A stretch of 64,000 bases of DNA from the human T2T-CHM13v2.0 reference genome, Homo sapiens: assembly GCF_009914755.1 (NCBI RefSeq), contig NC_060932.1; one strand, given 5' to 3'. The notes beneath the pieces were generated by a model. It worked only from the letters and a program-made list of their open reading frames with translations, ran no database searches and was not told where the DNA came from. The position numbers and the translations under genes were made by a program. This document shows, piece after piece, positions 43,650 to 57,849 of the stretch (the stretch's first letter is position 1; every line of letters begins with the position of its first letter).

Positions 43650-45590
43650 AGATGGGAGGTCTAGTCCTGGTTCTGCCATCACTAGCTGCAAGCATGCAGG
43701 GGCAATCTGGCCTCCCTTATCTGTAAAACAGGGGTTTTGGGGGCTGGACTTTGATTCCCTAAAACTCCTGGCAGCTCTAACATCCCCTGTGACTCTGGCT
43801 CTGCCCACAAACCTCTGAAGCTTTCACTGGAAAATGCTCTTAGTCTATGCACATCAAATATCTAACACACAGTATTTACCCTTCTGATGAAACAGCCAGA
43901 GTGGAATTTGACCTTTTCAACGAATCATGGATGTGAGAGCCAACATTCTGTGCACGTAAAGCCAGTTGGGGACAGGTTTAGCATTTGGGCATGTAAGTAA
44001 GGCAGATTTGTTGACTAACATGTTTTCAGTGAGTATTTTAATGATATGGGGAAGCTAGTTCTGACCTATTGTCAGCAGCACAGTTTTCCCTACAGAACTG
44101 GTTGACTGGCACTAATTCATCCCCATTCTCCCACCTGGTCTCCTTGGTAACCAAGGTCCTAGATCTATGAGATATTTGCAGGACATCTGGCCAGGATTAA
44201 GGCACAGACTAGTGCTATCAGAGATCAAGCCCATAGCCTTGGCCTTTGAAGATCCCAAGCGAATTAAAGAACTGCAACCACAGGCAGGGATGTGAAACCA
44301 CCCAATCCTGCTGCTGAGTCAGGTTAGCACAGCAGCTGAGAATGCAGGCTCTGCAACCAGGCTGCTTGGAACTAAACACCAGCCTGTCCCTTACTTATAG
44401 TGGAACTTTGGGCAAGTTAATTTGATTCTCTGGGCCTCAGTGTCCTCCTCATTCATAAAATGAATTTAATAAAAGTACTTTCCTCATATGGCTGTTGACA
44501 GAATTAAATGCATTAAAATACTAAGAGAATCTAGCCCTGTACATAGCAAGGGTCCATTACAAATTAGGCAGTGGTAATACCAATGTGATGACCAGTAGCT
44601 AGGTTTAACACCAATAAGAAAAACAGGGATTTTCAAGACAACCACAGACAGCATTGTTTTAGGGAGATCCACAGCAAAGATGGTAGGACTTTAAAAATGT
44701 AGCTTTGAAAGCCTCTGCTAGATTGCCATGACCAAGTATGCAAGGTTAGACTATCAGGCCAGGGATCTGAACACAGTAAAAGGTTGTGGAGATTTAAGAT
44801 CATAGGTTTTGGCATCAGATAGATGTGAGTTGGGATACTAGCTCTGCAGATCACTAGCTGTGAGAACTTGAGTAAGTCCATCTATTGGAGCCTTGTTTTC
44901 CTGAAATGTAAAATGCGGATAGAAGCAGAACCTGTCCCAGAGAGTCATGCTAATGACTAAATGGATAACGCATGCAAAGTCCTCAGCATACTGCCTGGAG
45001 CATAGCAAACCATCAATAAATATTAATGGCTATTGTTACCAGGTCTGATGATGCACATATGACCCCAGTTTTCTCCCGTATTCCTAAGTTTATTCACTTA
45101 CTCATTCATTTCATCTGTCAAACATTTGTCGGTACTAGCTTTGTGCATTTTATCAAATGGGACACCAAGGAATTAAAAAATGATTAAGAGATGAGGTTCA
45201 TGCTCCTATCTCATAGACTAGCCCAGAAGTGAGTAATAGATACTCCAAGTAACAGGAGGGCCACTGCCCAGCCCCCTATGCACAGTTTGGGATCACAGAA
45301 GGGAGCAGCCGCAGGAAGCAAGAGGCGGGTCAGGATTAAAGGAGGTGTGTGGAAGAGGCTCTCGATGGCTGAGGAAAGGCTGTACGGCCTAGCGGTGAGG
45401 GGCACAGGCTCTAGACTCCAAGGGCCTACACTCACAATTCCAGCTCTGCCACCATGAGCTCCCGTGACTTGGTTAAGCTACTTTATTTCTCAGTGCCTCA
45501 GTTCCTCTCAGTTACAAATGATAAAATGATAATACTTACAGAATTAGTGAGTTAAAACATGGGAAGCATTGAACCGTGTCTGACTTGTAG
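43650..45590 (+). mobile_element. Cluster of MIR fragments (about 43650-43790, 44330-44560, 44790-45030, 45380-45590)
   Basis: Repeated MIR core motifs (ttgggcaagtta...ctctgggcctcagt, ctgtaaaa, tagctgtgagaacttgagtaagt). Confidence 0.7.
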
Positions 45591-48500
45591 TAAAAGTGAT
45601 TGTTATGGCATGGATAAGAGAATGGGAGAATTCTCCAGGCAGGTTAGTGCTCAGGAGCTTCCTTTTTTCCTTTTGAAATGAGATACGCCCACGTAATCCT
45701 GCCACTGTGGTCCTCAAAGTCCAGAAAGATGAACCCTCTTAGTTTATCTCAAGAAAAACTTAATCTTAGCTATGGCTTATCAGAAACACATGTGGCCCCT
45801 AATAGATTATATTTCTAGTATGTACTATATATATTATCTACTATATATGTTGCATGCATATAATACATATATATGTCTTCACTTTCCCTTTGGGCCACTT
45901 TTCAGCAAGCACTGATTCAATATTATGTGGCACACAGAAACCACTTCCCCTTGGCCTCCTGGCATCCCACCCTCTCAACACTCATCTCCCCAGGTCCTAG
46001 CCTCATACCGTCATTGCCCTGGGGTGGAGCTGATGAGTGTCATCTTGGAGGGCTCTCCATAGTTCCCTGACTGGGGTCCTGTTTGCCTGTGTTTTCAAAT
46101 TCTTTAGGTAGAGTACCCACCACATAAGCCAGCCTCTTTCATGCTAAAACCAATCATCTCCCATAGAAAAATATGTACCTATTTTATGTTAAAAGACCCC
46201 CTCTGCACTAAGGCAGAACAAAGAAAAACAATAGGGGTGGCCACAGCATTGAACCAACAGGAAATATGTTAAGAAATTTTCTACTTAATTCCCCACACAG
46301 AGGTCTGGTACAGAGACCATTTCATGGCTTTCTTTATAAGGTCACCCAATGCCAAGCTTAAGCTCCTGAGGTCTAATTTAGGAGGGTTAAGAACTTAATA
46401 GAGAATTCTAAGAGCAGCTGGGTAGATGCATCATTCCCTAAACCCCACTGGGATCCTGATTCCAGCAGCATCAAAAGTCTTACCTCCTGACCACCAGTGA
46501 CTCAGTGAGCAGCCTGGCTCAGTGTGTCACCATGATGCTTGTCAGTGGATGCATCTGGCCTCACCGGCCATATGGTGGTTTGGAAGAGCTCTTTTGTAGT
46601 TTGATGGTTTGGAAATGACTGGGGCTCTCTTCACATTCTGTGCTGTTGGCTCATTTCTATTGGAGAAGAGCGGCTGCTTCTAGGGCTGACTTTGCCCTTG
46701 ACACTGCTGATGGAAGCCTTATGAACTGATGTTTTTCATCATTCAAGCCATAATATCTTAACTTGTTAAGGCAGATAGGTAAGAACTAGTAGCTTAGGAG
46801 CAAGTTGTCAACAAGCAGCATTTCTTGAACAATTAAGATGTGTCAGACATGGTGTTGGTTGCTGGAGATACAGGGAGATAAACAAGACAAATAAGTCAGA
46901 CCAGTTGGGGAGAGAGATGAAAATGGCGATCACAGTCAAGTGGGACAAGTCCATAGGAGAGGGTGTGCGGGAGGCCATGGGAACTAAGCGAGCCAGAAAT
47001 AGCTTCCAAAAAGTAGCTCTACTTGAGTTATAAAAAAAGAGTACCATTAATTGAGCACCTACCATGCCTAGGTCCTCTCCCGTATATTTTACTTGTGTTA
47101 TTTCAATTCATTCTCTCACCAAAGACACACAGCTAATAAGCAACAGAGCTAGGGTTTGAATACAGGGCAGTTTGAACCAAAACCCATTCCACTCCATCCC
47201 ACTGCTGAGAAACTAGGCAGGCCTGGGACAATGGGTGGGAAGATAGGATCTCAGGTCAGGGAAACAGCCCTAGTAATGGGAAACAACTGTGGACTCTAAG
47301 CCAAACAGAAATGGCAGGTGTAGAAATCCTTTCCCAGGCCTGCGGCAGCATGTAGCACACGCTGTTACTAAGCCCCGAAACGGCCTTAGACTCCTTCTCA
47401 ATTCACCCCTGCAGGATCACTATGAATCAGTTTTGAACGCTATTTGCTAACTGGAATAACTAGATAAATCTGGAAGGGCCATAGGGGTTCTAAAGGAAAC
47501 TCGCAGAGCCAAAGGCTCAGGAAGGACACTTTTTTCCAAGTTCTCAGTTGCCTCAAAGGGAAGAACGTTAACCCTGGAAATTCTACTACTCAAATGCTGA
47601 GGCTAACGCTTACTTAAGGAACAGGACCTGACTTCAAGGTTAAGGTGCCTTTCTTTGATGTTTCAATCCTGGTATTAGCTACCAGCAGACACTTGTTGAC
47701 TAGCCCAAATCCAGACCCTAGAATGGCACTGAAAGCTTGGAAAGAAGTGCTCAAACTTGGGCTTTGCATTGAATATCTTAAGAACAGATTCACATCAGCT
47801 ACTTGCTTCACTCTCCTATTTAATTAAAGCACTCTTACTGTCGTTACGGAGAAGCATTAAAGGCTACTCACCTTTGGTTGAAATGTTTATATTTGGCTGC
47901 ACCAACTTGGAAGATCACTTTGACCCAGCCAGAACTTTGATTAATAATCTCCAACATTTTCTGCCTCTACAATTTTTGAGCACTCGGCTGATGTTTGATG
48001 CCCAATTGGGATTAATCTCCATTTCCCATTAAGAGGAGTAACTATTTCTCAGGTAGTTTTTTTGTGTGTGTGTGTGCTGGCTGCAATCTTTGCAATATCC
48101 TTGCAGGGGCTCCTGTGGGCTTAAACATATGACATTCAAAAAATAATATGTAAATGAGTTTCTATCCATTTTATCAAGGGGGTTGTTTTCTCCATTTGTA
48201 ATCTGTTTTTATGATTTTATTCTTCCTGCAGGAAAAAAAGAAGTTAGAGGTGCATTCAGCCCATACCCATAACATTGAGACCAGCTCTCTGTGATGAAAC
48301 TGGAAGCAAATTCCAGATGAGAGCCCCAATTGTTCCAGAAAAGCATTGCAAAGCCCAGTGATCCTGACTAAATTGTCACACACAAAGCAGAACCTTTGAT
48401 AAGAGCCATACAACCTCTGTTGCCTGGGTAACCATCAATCCATCAAGCCAGCCTTGAGTCATAAACGGTGAGAGGAGAAGGGCTGCCAGGAAAAAGGGGT

Positions 48501-48985
48501 GTACAGACACTTCTTGTTCCTCCCCACCTCCAGATGTGGCCTGAGGCTGCCATGCAAGGTTAATAGAAGCCTACTGTTATGTCCCTACAGACCTAAAAGA
48601 CCCCTCTTACCTTAACCCTAATTCAAGGATTCTTGGATCTCCATTAGTCTTATTACAAAACCTCCTCAGGTTCTTATCAGTGCTTAGCACCTTACCAGCC
48701 CTAAGCCATACTCCTCAAAATGCCGGTCCACTGATTGGCACTATGTTGTTCACAGGATGCCTCCTGGACTGCACTTTAGTAACACTAGACTAGGGTGTCC
48801 TCAGGACAACCGCGGCTGCTCACCAGAGCTCACGCGCTTCCTGTCACTTTCACTTTGGACTGTGCTGATGAGAAATCTACTCTATGGTTCTGCTTTCCAT
48901 CACATCCAAGATGCTGCACACAAATTGAGAGAGAAAAATTGATAAATATGCCTTCACTGAGCAACTAGTTCTAGTTCTGTACCAA

Positions 48986-49522
48986 CACTTCTAGGTATAT
49001 TCCCAAAAGAACTGAAAATAGGTGTCAAACAAAAACTTGTACGTGAATGTTCATAGCAGCACTATTTACTTCCCATAGCCAAGGGTTGGAAACAAACTAA
49101 ATGTCCATGGATGGATGAATGGATAAATAAAATGTGGTATAGTATACAATGAAATAGCATTTGGCCATAAAAAGGAATGAAGTGCTGATACCTGCTACTA
49201 CATAGGTGAAACTTGGAAACATACTAAGTAAGTGAAACAAGCTGGACACAAAAAGTCACATATGGTATGATTCCATTTACATAAAATATTCAGAATAGGT
49301 AAATTAGTACAAACAGAAGCAAATTAGTAGTTGCCAGGGATTGGAGAAGAGGAAGTATGAAGAGACTTCTTAATGGATATGAGGTTTCCTTTTGGAGTGA
49401 TCAAATGTTTTAGAACAACATAGAGGTAATGGTTGTATAACATTGTGGATGTGCTTAATGCCACTGAATTGTACAGTTTAAAAATCTTAATTCTATGTTA
49501 TGTAAATTTTACATTCATAAAA
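48986..49522 (+). mobile_element. L1MB 3' end
   Basis: gaatgttcatagcagcactattt; atgaatggataaataaaatgtggtata; aatgccactgaattgtaca. Confidence 0.88.
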
Positions 49523-49670
49523 AGCAGTACAATGAAATTTATTATTTTAAAATAAGAAAAAGCAGAAAGAAAAACATTACCCTATAATTCTACCACCCCA
49601 AACCAAATTCTGTTCCCAATTTATTCCATGTATGTTCCATAGTAATAATTCATACTGCACATATAATTTA

Positions 49671-50023
<353 letters not shown>

Positions 50024-51834
50024 TCATAATCTTTAACTACCGAAGAAACTTTCTTAATATACATATTTTAAATTGCTTCTTAAAATTATTGTACTAATTT
50101 ATATTGACACCTGAAATATATGAAAATATCTATTTCACACACATCCTTGCTAGCATTGACTAGTCTCCCAAAAAGAGAGGAAAAAAAGTTAATTCATTTC
50201 ATTTGATTGTTAGGTTGTTATTGATTTTATTTGACTATCTTGAAACAAAAAATTTTGTTTTCTGTTTTGAAACTAATCCAATGTTTAGTAAAGACTCCTC
50301 TATGTTTTATTTTGTTAGAGTAGATACTAGTTAGTCGTTATTGTTTTGGGGGTAATCCCACAGTAAATGCTTTTAAACATACTATACTAGAAACAGTTTG
50401 TCCCTGAAGGAGGAATTAGAAAATTGGAAGACTGATATGATCAAATTACCTACTGCAAAACTGAGCAGAGATAGAAATTATGAAAGATAAGACATAGAAA
50501 TAAAAGTTTAAAGTTCCGGAAAAAATCAAATAGATCGTATCAGTGAAGGATTTGACCTAGTACAATTGTTGGAAGTGGTTAGACACCCCATGAAGCTATC
50601 GCCTTCCTGTCTGATGCTGCAGTAGCCACCATTTAGCCCCTCTGGCTGCCAGTAGTCACAGAAATAAAACAGACTGGCATTGATATATTTCCTGAAGTGT
50701 GGGTTGTTGGGGTTTATACATGGTCACCTCCTTATACCCCAAGGTGTGTGTGTGTGGTGGGGGAGGGACAGTGAGTAGTGACACCAGGAGCTGGGACTGT
50801 GGAAGCCACTTGTTTTTTCTTCTCCAGGAATTAGTAGAGATTAAATTTCAACCCTGAAACTTAAAAGTAATCACAAGAGCAATTTTTTTTAAGTTTACTC
50901 TTTAACATTATTCTGTTGAGATGCCACTCACATGGCAATGTGGCAGAAAGCCACAGAGGTCACGCACACTTCACTGCAACTTGGCTTGTTAACGAGTCAC
51001 TGGAGATGAGGCAGAGGAGAGCCACATCAGTGGCTGCCCTGCGACCTTTGCCCACAGCCTTTCTGCTCCTCACTGAGCCTCCTGGCTAAAGCATCCCTTT
51101 GGAGGATTGTAAAGAATGGCTTAAAAAAAGGAGAACTTTAGGATTTCCATAGACATTGCCCAAGATTAATCTTGTATTTGTTCTCTAGTAAACCCAGGTA
51201 AGAATATCGCAGAATAGTCTACCAGGTGGCGATCTGTCAAGATGCAAGATTCTCCTCTTTCCTATATTAGAGTAGAAATAATGGGAGAAATGGGTTCAAC
51301 TTCAGTGTGCAGAAGAAACTGGGATTGAACTGTGATAAAACTTGTTGAAATAAAGCACACACATCATATGGACTCCACTTACAATGGGAGGAAGCTGTGT
51401 TCTCACTGGTCATTCCTCCATCCTTCAATGCCAAAGTGCAATGCAGGGTGCTGACTTCCACACTCTATCACGTAGAGCCATTGTGTCCTGGAGGCCAATC
51501 CCACCTTTCGATCCCAGCAACTCTGTTCATATCTAATGTATATATTGGAATTATATTAAGATGTTGTTTGGAAACAGATCCCAAATTCCAAAATTAGTTT
51601 GTAAACCCACTGGTTTTTTTTTTTTTTAAACCTATGATCTATAATCTATAATTAATTGGTTTGGGTCTCAATTTTAATTTCTTCAAGCTGTGTTATCTTA
51701 GGCTAGCCACTTAGTATTTTGCCTCTCGAATTCCTTACCTGAAACATTGGTATACTGACTATTCACTGATGTTTCTGAGGATCAGTCATGCGGGCAGTAA
51801 ATAAGCTGTAGGCCCAGGGGCCCAGAACAGCTAT

Positions 51835-53183
51835 TGAGAGGTGACAGCATGCTGGCAGCCCTCGCAGCCCTCGCTCGCTCTGGGCGCCTCCTCGGCCTTG
51901 GCACCCACTCTGGCCGCGCTTGAGGAGCCCTTCAGCCCGCCGCTGCACTGTGGGAGCCCCTTTCTGGGCTGGCCAAGGCCGGAGCCGACTCCCTCAGCTT
52001 GCAGGGAGGTGTGGAAGGAGAGGCGCGGGCGGGAACCGGGACTGCCCCCGGCACTGCCCCCGGCGCTTGCTGGCCAGCACGAGTTCCGGGTGGGCGTGGG
52101 CTCGGGGGACCCAGCACTCGGAGCGGCCGGCCTGCAAGCCTCGGGCAGTGAGGGGCTTAGCACCTGGGCCAGCAGCTGTGCTCACTTCTCAGCGGGCCTC
52201 AGCTGCCTCCCCGTGAGGCAGGGCTCCGGACCTGCAGCCCGCCATGCCTGAGCCTACCCCCAACACCATGGGCTCCTGCCTGGCTGGAGCCTCCCCAACG
52301 AGCGCTGCCCCATGCTCCACAGCGCCCAGTCCCATCAACAACCCAAGGGCTGAGGAGCCTGCGCACGGTGGGGGACTAGCAGGCAACTCCACCTGCAGCC
52401 CGGTATGGGATCCACTGGGTGAAGCCAGCTGGGCTCCTGAGTCTGGTGGGGACTTGGAGAATCTTTGTGGCTAGCTAAGGGATTGCGAATGCACCAATCA
52501 GCACTCTGTATCTAGCTCAAGGTTTGTAAATGCACCAATCAGCACTCTGTGTCTAGCTCAGAGTTTGTAAATATACCAATCCACACTCTGTATCTAGCTA
52601 ATCTAGTGGGGACATGGAGAACTTTTGTGTCTAGCTCAGGGATTGTAAAGGCACCAATCAGCACCCTGTCAAAACGGACCAATCAGCTCTCTGTAAAATG
52701 GACCAATCAGCAGTATGTGGGTGGGGCCAGATTAGAGAATAAAAGCAGGCTGCCCAAGCCAGCAGTGGCAACCTGCTGGGGTCCCCTTCCACACAGTGGA
52801 AGCTTTGTTCTTTTGCTCTTTGCAATAAATCTTACTGCTGCTCACTCTTTGGGTTCCCACTGCCTTTATGAGCTGTAAGACTCACTGCAAAGGTCTGCAG
52901 CTTCACTCCTGAAACCAGCGAGACCACGAACCCACTGGGAGAAACGAACAACTCCAGACGCGCTGCCTTAAGAGCTGTAACACTCACTGCGAAGGTCTGC
53001 AGCTTCACTTCTGAGCCACCAAGACCACGAACCCCCCAGAAGGAAGAAATGCTGAACACATCCGAACATCAGAAGGAACGAACTCCAGACACGCTGCTTC
53101 CAAGAACTGTAACACTCACCGCGAGGGTCCGTGGCTTCATTCTTGAAGTCAGTGAGACCAAGAACGCACCAATTCCGGACACA
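51835..53183 (+). mobile_element. LTR12 (C/D-type, ERV9) solo LTR, complete
   Basis: tgagaggtgacagcatgctggc...ccaattccggacaca; 4-bp TSD ctat at 51831-51834 and 53184-53187; CpG-rich 5' half. Confidence 0.96.
52490..52830 (+). promoter_or_regulatory. LTR12 enhancer/promoter core
   Basis: Six CCAAT (NF-Y) boxes in tandem repeats (about 52494, 52535, 52576, 52654, 52679, 52703), GT box gtgggtggggc, TATA-like aataaaa near 52738, AATAAA near 52824. Confidence 0.75.
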
Positions 53184-53501
53184 CTATTGCAGTACTCCAC
53201 GTAGGAGATGATAATGGCTTAGTATTGATAATGACAGGATGAAGTATTTGTACTCGGAAATATTTTGAAGGTCAGGCTGATAGGATTCGCAGACTGATTG
53301 ATGAGGAGTGTGAGAAAAAGAGAAGAATCAAGAATGATGCCAAGATTTTTATCCTGAGCTGCAGAAGAAAGGTAAAGCCATGTTGGGAAAAGCTGAAAGC
53401 AGGGGAAAGAGAAATAAAGAGAAGCAAGAATAAGAGATGGGGTCAGAGTCCTAATGAGCTCTCAGTGCTTTTTACTAAGACCTAAGAACTTCCTTGCCCT
53501 C

Positions 53502-53848
53502 TGTAGTCCGTTTTCACACTGCTATAAAGAACTGACCAAGACTGGGTAATTTATAAAGAAAAAAGGTTTAATTGACTCACAGTTCTGCATGGCTGGAGAG
53601 GCCTCAGGAAACATACAGTTATGGCAGAAAGGGAAGCAGGCATGTCTTACATGGCAGCCGGTAGGAGAGGTGTGAAGGAAAAACTGTCAAACACTTATAA
53701 AACCATCAGATCTCGTGCAAACTCACTCACTATCACGAGAACAGCATGGGGGATCCACCCCTATGATCCAATCACCTCCATCCCTCAATAAATGGGGATT
53801 ACAATTCAAGATGAGATTTGGGTGAGGACACAGAGCCAAACCATATCA
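53502..53848 (-). mobile_element. THE1D/MSTA solo LTR inside an old MLT1 remnant
   Basis: tgtagtccgttttcacactgct...gccaaaccatatca; perfect TSD ccctc at 53497-53501 and 53849-53853. Confidence 0.92.
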
Positions 53849-54053
53849 CCCTCTGATCATGGAAGACACCCTGGTGTCCTCATTATTCATTTCCCCCTTT
53901 TATTCAAGCTAATTGAATTGGTTTCCGTTACATGCAACCAGAGAGCCCTGGCTAATAGAAGTGCTGTACCATCTGTGTGCCCAATACTGTGCTGGGCCCT
54001 GGGGAAATGGAGAGGAATCAGCCACAGCTGCCTTCCAGGAGTGGCTCACAGTT

Positions 54054-54762
54054 TGTACTAGTCAGGGTTCTCCAGAAAAACAGAACCAATAAGATCCGAG
54101 TGTGTGTGTGTACGTATACATATATATATATATGTAGACAGAGAGAGAGTGTCAGAGACAGAGAGAGACTGAGTTATTTTAAGGAAATGGCTCATGCAAT
54201 TATGGAGGCTGGTAAATCCAAAATCTGTATGGTTGGCCTGAAGGCTGGAGCCCCAAGGAAGAGTTGATGTTGCAGCTTGAGTCCAAAGATGGTCTGGAGG
54301 CAGAATTCTCTCTTCCTTGGAGGGTGGAGGGAAGGAGTGTCAATCTTTTTCTCTAAAAGCCTTAAACTGATTAGATAAGGCCCACCCATATTATGGGAGG
54401 TGATCTGTGCTTAATTCGTACTGATTTACTAATCCTGAAAAATGTCGTAATTGGTGCCATGTGGTGCCTGAATTGTTCTCTGAGCAAGCGTAGCTGTGGT
54501 TTTGCTTTTGCTTTCTCTTCTGCAAGATCTAAATGCCTACCCTAAGGTTCCTTCTCTATTTCTGTGTGGGTTTGCAGCTGGTCAGGGTTCTTGGTTGTAA
54601 CAAAGAAACTCAAAGTCTACGGAGTAGACTTTTGCTCAAAGTCTACTGATTTAAATGTTAATCTCACTAAAAAGTCCATCCACAGTAACAGCTAGAATCG
54701 TTTTGACTATCTATCTGGGTACCATGGCCTAGCCAAATTGACATATAAAATTAACCATCACA
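54054..54762 (-). mobile_element. MLT2 (C/D-like) ERVL solo LTR with a foreign insert at about 54408-54634
   Basis: tgtactagtcagggttctccaga...aaattgacatataaaattaaccatcaca; typical internal TG/TA/GA repeat. Confidence 0.9.
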
Positions 54763-54811
54763 AAGTCTAATAGGGGAGGAAGACAGGTCAACAGATAGAT
54801 TCTTAGGATAA

Positions 54812-54988
54812 GTATTGGTTCTCCATATTGATTCACATTAGAAATATCTGGAGAGCTTTTTAAAAATACTGATTCCTAGGCTCTACCCCAGACCAATGAC
54901 ATCAGAATCTCGAGGGGTAAAGCTAAGAAAAGGTATTTTTTACAAAACAACCCCAACGATCTTAATGCCCAGCCACAGTTGAGCATCT
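54812..54988. mobile_element. MER5A
   Basis: cacattagaa...ctggagagctttttaaaaatactgat...ccccagaccaatgacatcagaatctc. Confidence 0.75.
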
Positions 54989-57454
54989 TAAGTGTTCAAA
55001 ACTGATAGAAAATGTTCTGGGAAGACAGCTGGAACAATGAACGCTGCCTGGGCCATGGTGAATGGCATCAAGGAGTGGGTATTGGGTTTGAAAGATTAGC
55101 AAAGATTCATCAGATGGGGAAGGCATAGGAGGAATGGCATTCTAGGCATGGGGAACAGCATGGGCCAAGCCACAGAGCAATGAAAAGGTACTTAGGGAAT
55201 AAAGTTCAATGGATAAAGCATATCTATTGTGTCACCTTACACATACACACACACATACACATACAAACGCTCATATCTTTATTCAAATATAAGCAGATAT
55301 CTCCTACTGTTGGGTGAGACCGTTGCTAATAATCTAAACTTACATACAACTCTACATCAAAAAAGGATGGAAACTATTTGGAGCTAGGTTCTTATTGAGG
55401 AGAAAATGTGGAAAGAAGGAAGTTTCAAAAGTGAGAATTGCTAAAAATACATTTGTTTGTATCTTAGTTTACATATTGGGATTTTAATATGGCGCAAATT
55501 GTAGCAAGCAGCAACAATCCCACATCAGTGAATCCCAACAGAATAGTTACAGTCAGCCTAGACTGGTGGGGGTTTTTCTGAGAGATTTGTTCCCTGGTTT
55601 TGGGTCTTACTGCTCTCCCTCTGCACCTCTCCTTCCCCACTTCTTGCCTCAGTGCCTTTGATCATATCATACACATTTGCCAAGATGTTCCCACTCTTTG
55701 CCCCCACCCCGCCCTGGTTAACTCCTACTCATTCCTCATACCTCTCCTCAGATGTTACCTCTTGCAGGAAGCCTTCCCTGAAGGAGAGCACTTAGGTTGA
55801 GCCTTGATGATCCCTTACCCTGTTTGTAAATTCAGAACACTTAGTATTTTTCTGCATTCTCTTTGGGTGTACAGTAAAGTTTCACATTCTTTCCTAATTC
55901 TGGAGCACAGGTCTGAAGGAGATTTTTAAAGCTGATGCCATTTCAGAGCCTGTGAAGCAGCTGGAATCCCCTGTGGTCATTATTTCTCAGGAAGCAGATT
56001 TGAAAGATTGTAGCAAATGGGTGTTTGTTTTTCTTGGGTACTACAAGAAACACTGAGGAAGGCTTTAACTCTAAGCTGTGGCAGGTGGTGTTATTCCAGC
56101 GAAGAAATGAGGCATTAATAAGGATGGTAACACTAGAATCAGATGTGTATCTTCTCTCTGTGTTGGGAAGTTGGTGGAAGGATGCCAGGGTGTTGCATGG
56201 ACACATCTGAAGCTCTCTAAGAAACAGAATTTGATCCCAAGAGGCCTTTTACAGGCGAAAGAAATTTGTTAGCCATAAAGCTCTTAACCGAAAGTGAAAA
56301 CCCCACATAAATGTTTATCTTTCCCTCTCCCTGGAGTTCCCTATGGCAGAGAACAGAGAAAACATGCATGCAAAAGTTTTAACAAAACAAGGAATTGAAG
56401 CTGGCAGTGAGGCAGGCGTAGGTGGTATGAATTTTTAATGATGAGATGTCAAAACTATCATTTGGGACAAGAATTGTTGAGTTGAGTACTTCCCTACTTA
56501 AATAAAATGAAAACATAGGTACAAACAGGCTATGCCTGATGAGAGGTTCTGTGAAAATAAAAGCCAGAAAATACTATATTTAATGTCATCCTAACTCTAC
56601 TTCAAAGCAGGAAAAAATACTGCTTACAAAAAACACTTTAAGGAATGTTATCAACATTTTGACAGCGATTTCTATGAGTGTTGAGATTACAGGGAATACT
56701 TTTGCTTGATTACATATTTTGGTGTTTTATATATTTTTCTATACTAAGCACACATTGCTTTTATGATAGAAAAGCAGTAAACTTTATTAAATAAAGTAAA
56801 TAGACAATAGTAAGTTAAAACATGAGGATATGTGTGCAGGAAGAGGGCTTTGGCTGGACCTGGGGCCCTGGGTCCACTCAAGCTGTGTACTTGCAGAGCG
56901 AGGGCATGGCCAAGGTCATGCTTTGCCAACTTGACAAATAAAAAGAATAGTAACTTAGTGTTGTTTAAGCTTTGTTAATTTGAATAACCATTGTTGTTGA
57001 ACACAGCCTTTGGAAAAAACACTGAGAAAGCATTTCAGGTATCTGCCATGGAAAATACCATCAAGTGGGACACCCGCAGCGATCTCTGTACCCACAAAAG
57101 TCACACTTGCTATCCTTGGTGAATTTTCCTTAAAAACTGTGGATGAACTTCCAGTGACTGCGTAAATAAGGTTTGTGGACTTCTGAATTCAACCAGAGAA
57201 TTGTTGCCCTTGCGTAGGAACTCCGAACTCAGAGTGGTTCTGTGGTTGGTAGGTAGATGAGGTGGATGTGCTTTTGAGAAAAATAATAGGACTATCCAAA
57301 GGGGGAAAAGACAGTTAATTGGCTACATTTGATTCATGCAATTGGTGCCCTGGGAGCCCCCATGCCAGTCTTCATCACTGGATGAGTGTTCCATCACTCA
57401 ACCAAGGCAAACCATCTGCAATCCAGCAGGTACCCGGTAGACAGGATTGCCTAG

Positions 57455-57849
<395 letters not shown>

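Noticed and set aside
44312-44321. ARE/AP-1 motifs (also about 46498 and 59701)
   Set aside because: Single short motifs expected by chance in 64 kb
51831-52480. GC-rich overlapping ORFs and apparent CpG island
   Set aside because: Lies within the LTR12; not a gene-associated island
52490-53130. Regularly spaced repeats superficially like a CRISPR array
   Set aside because: Known LTR12 U3/U5 tandem repeats in a eukaryotic context; no unique spacers and no cas genes
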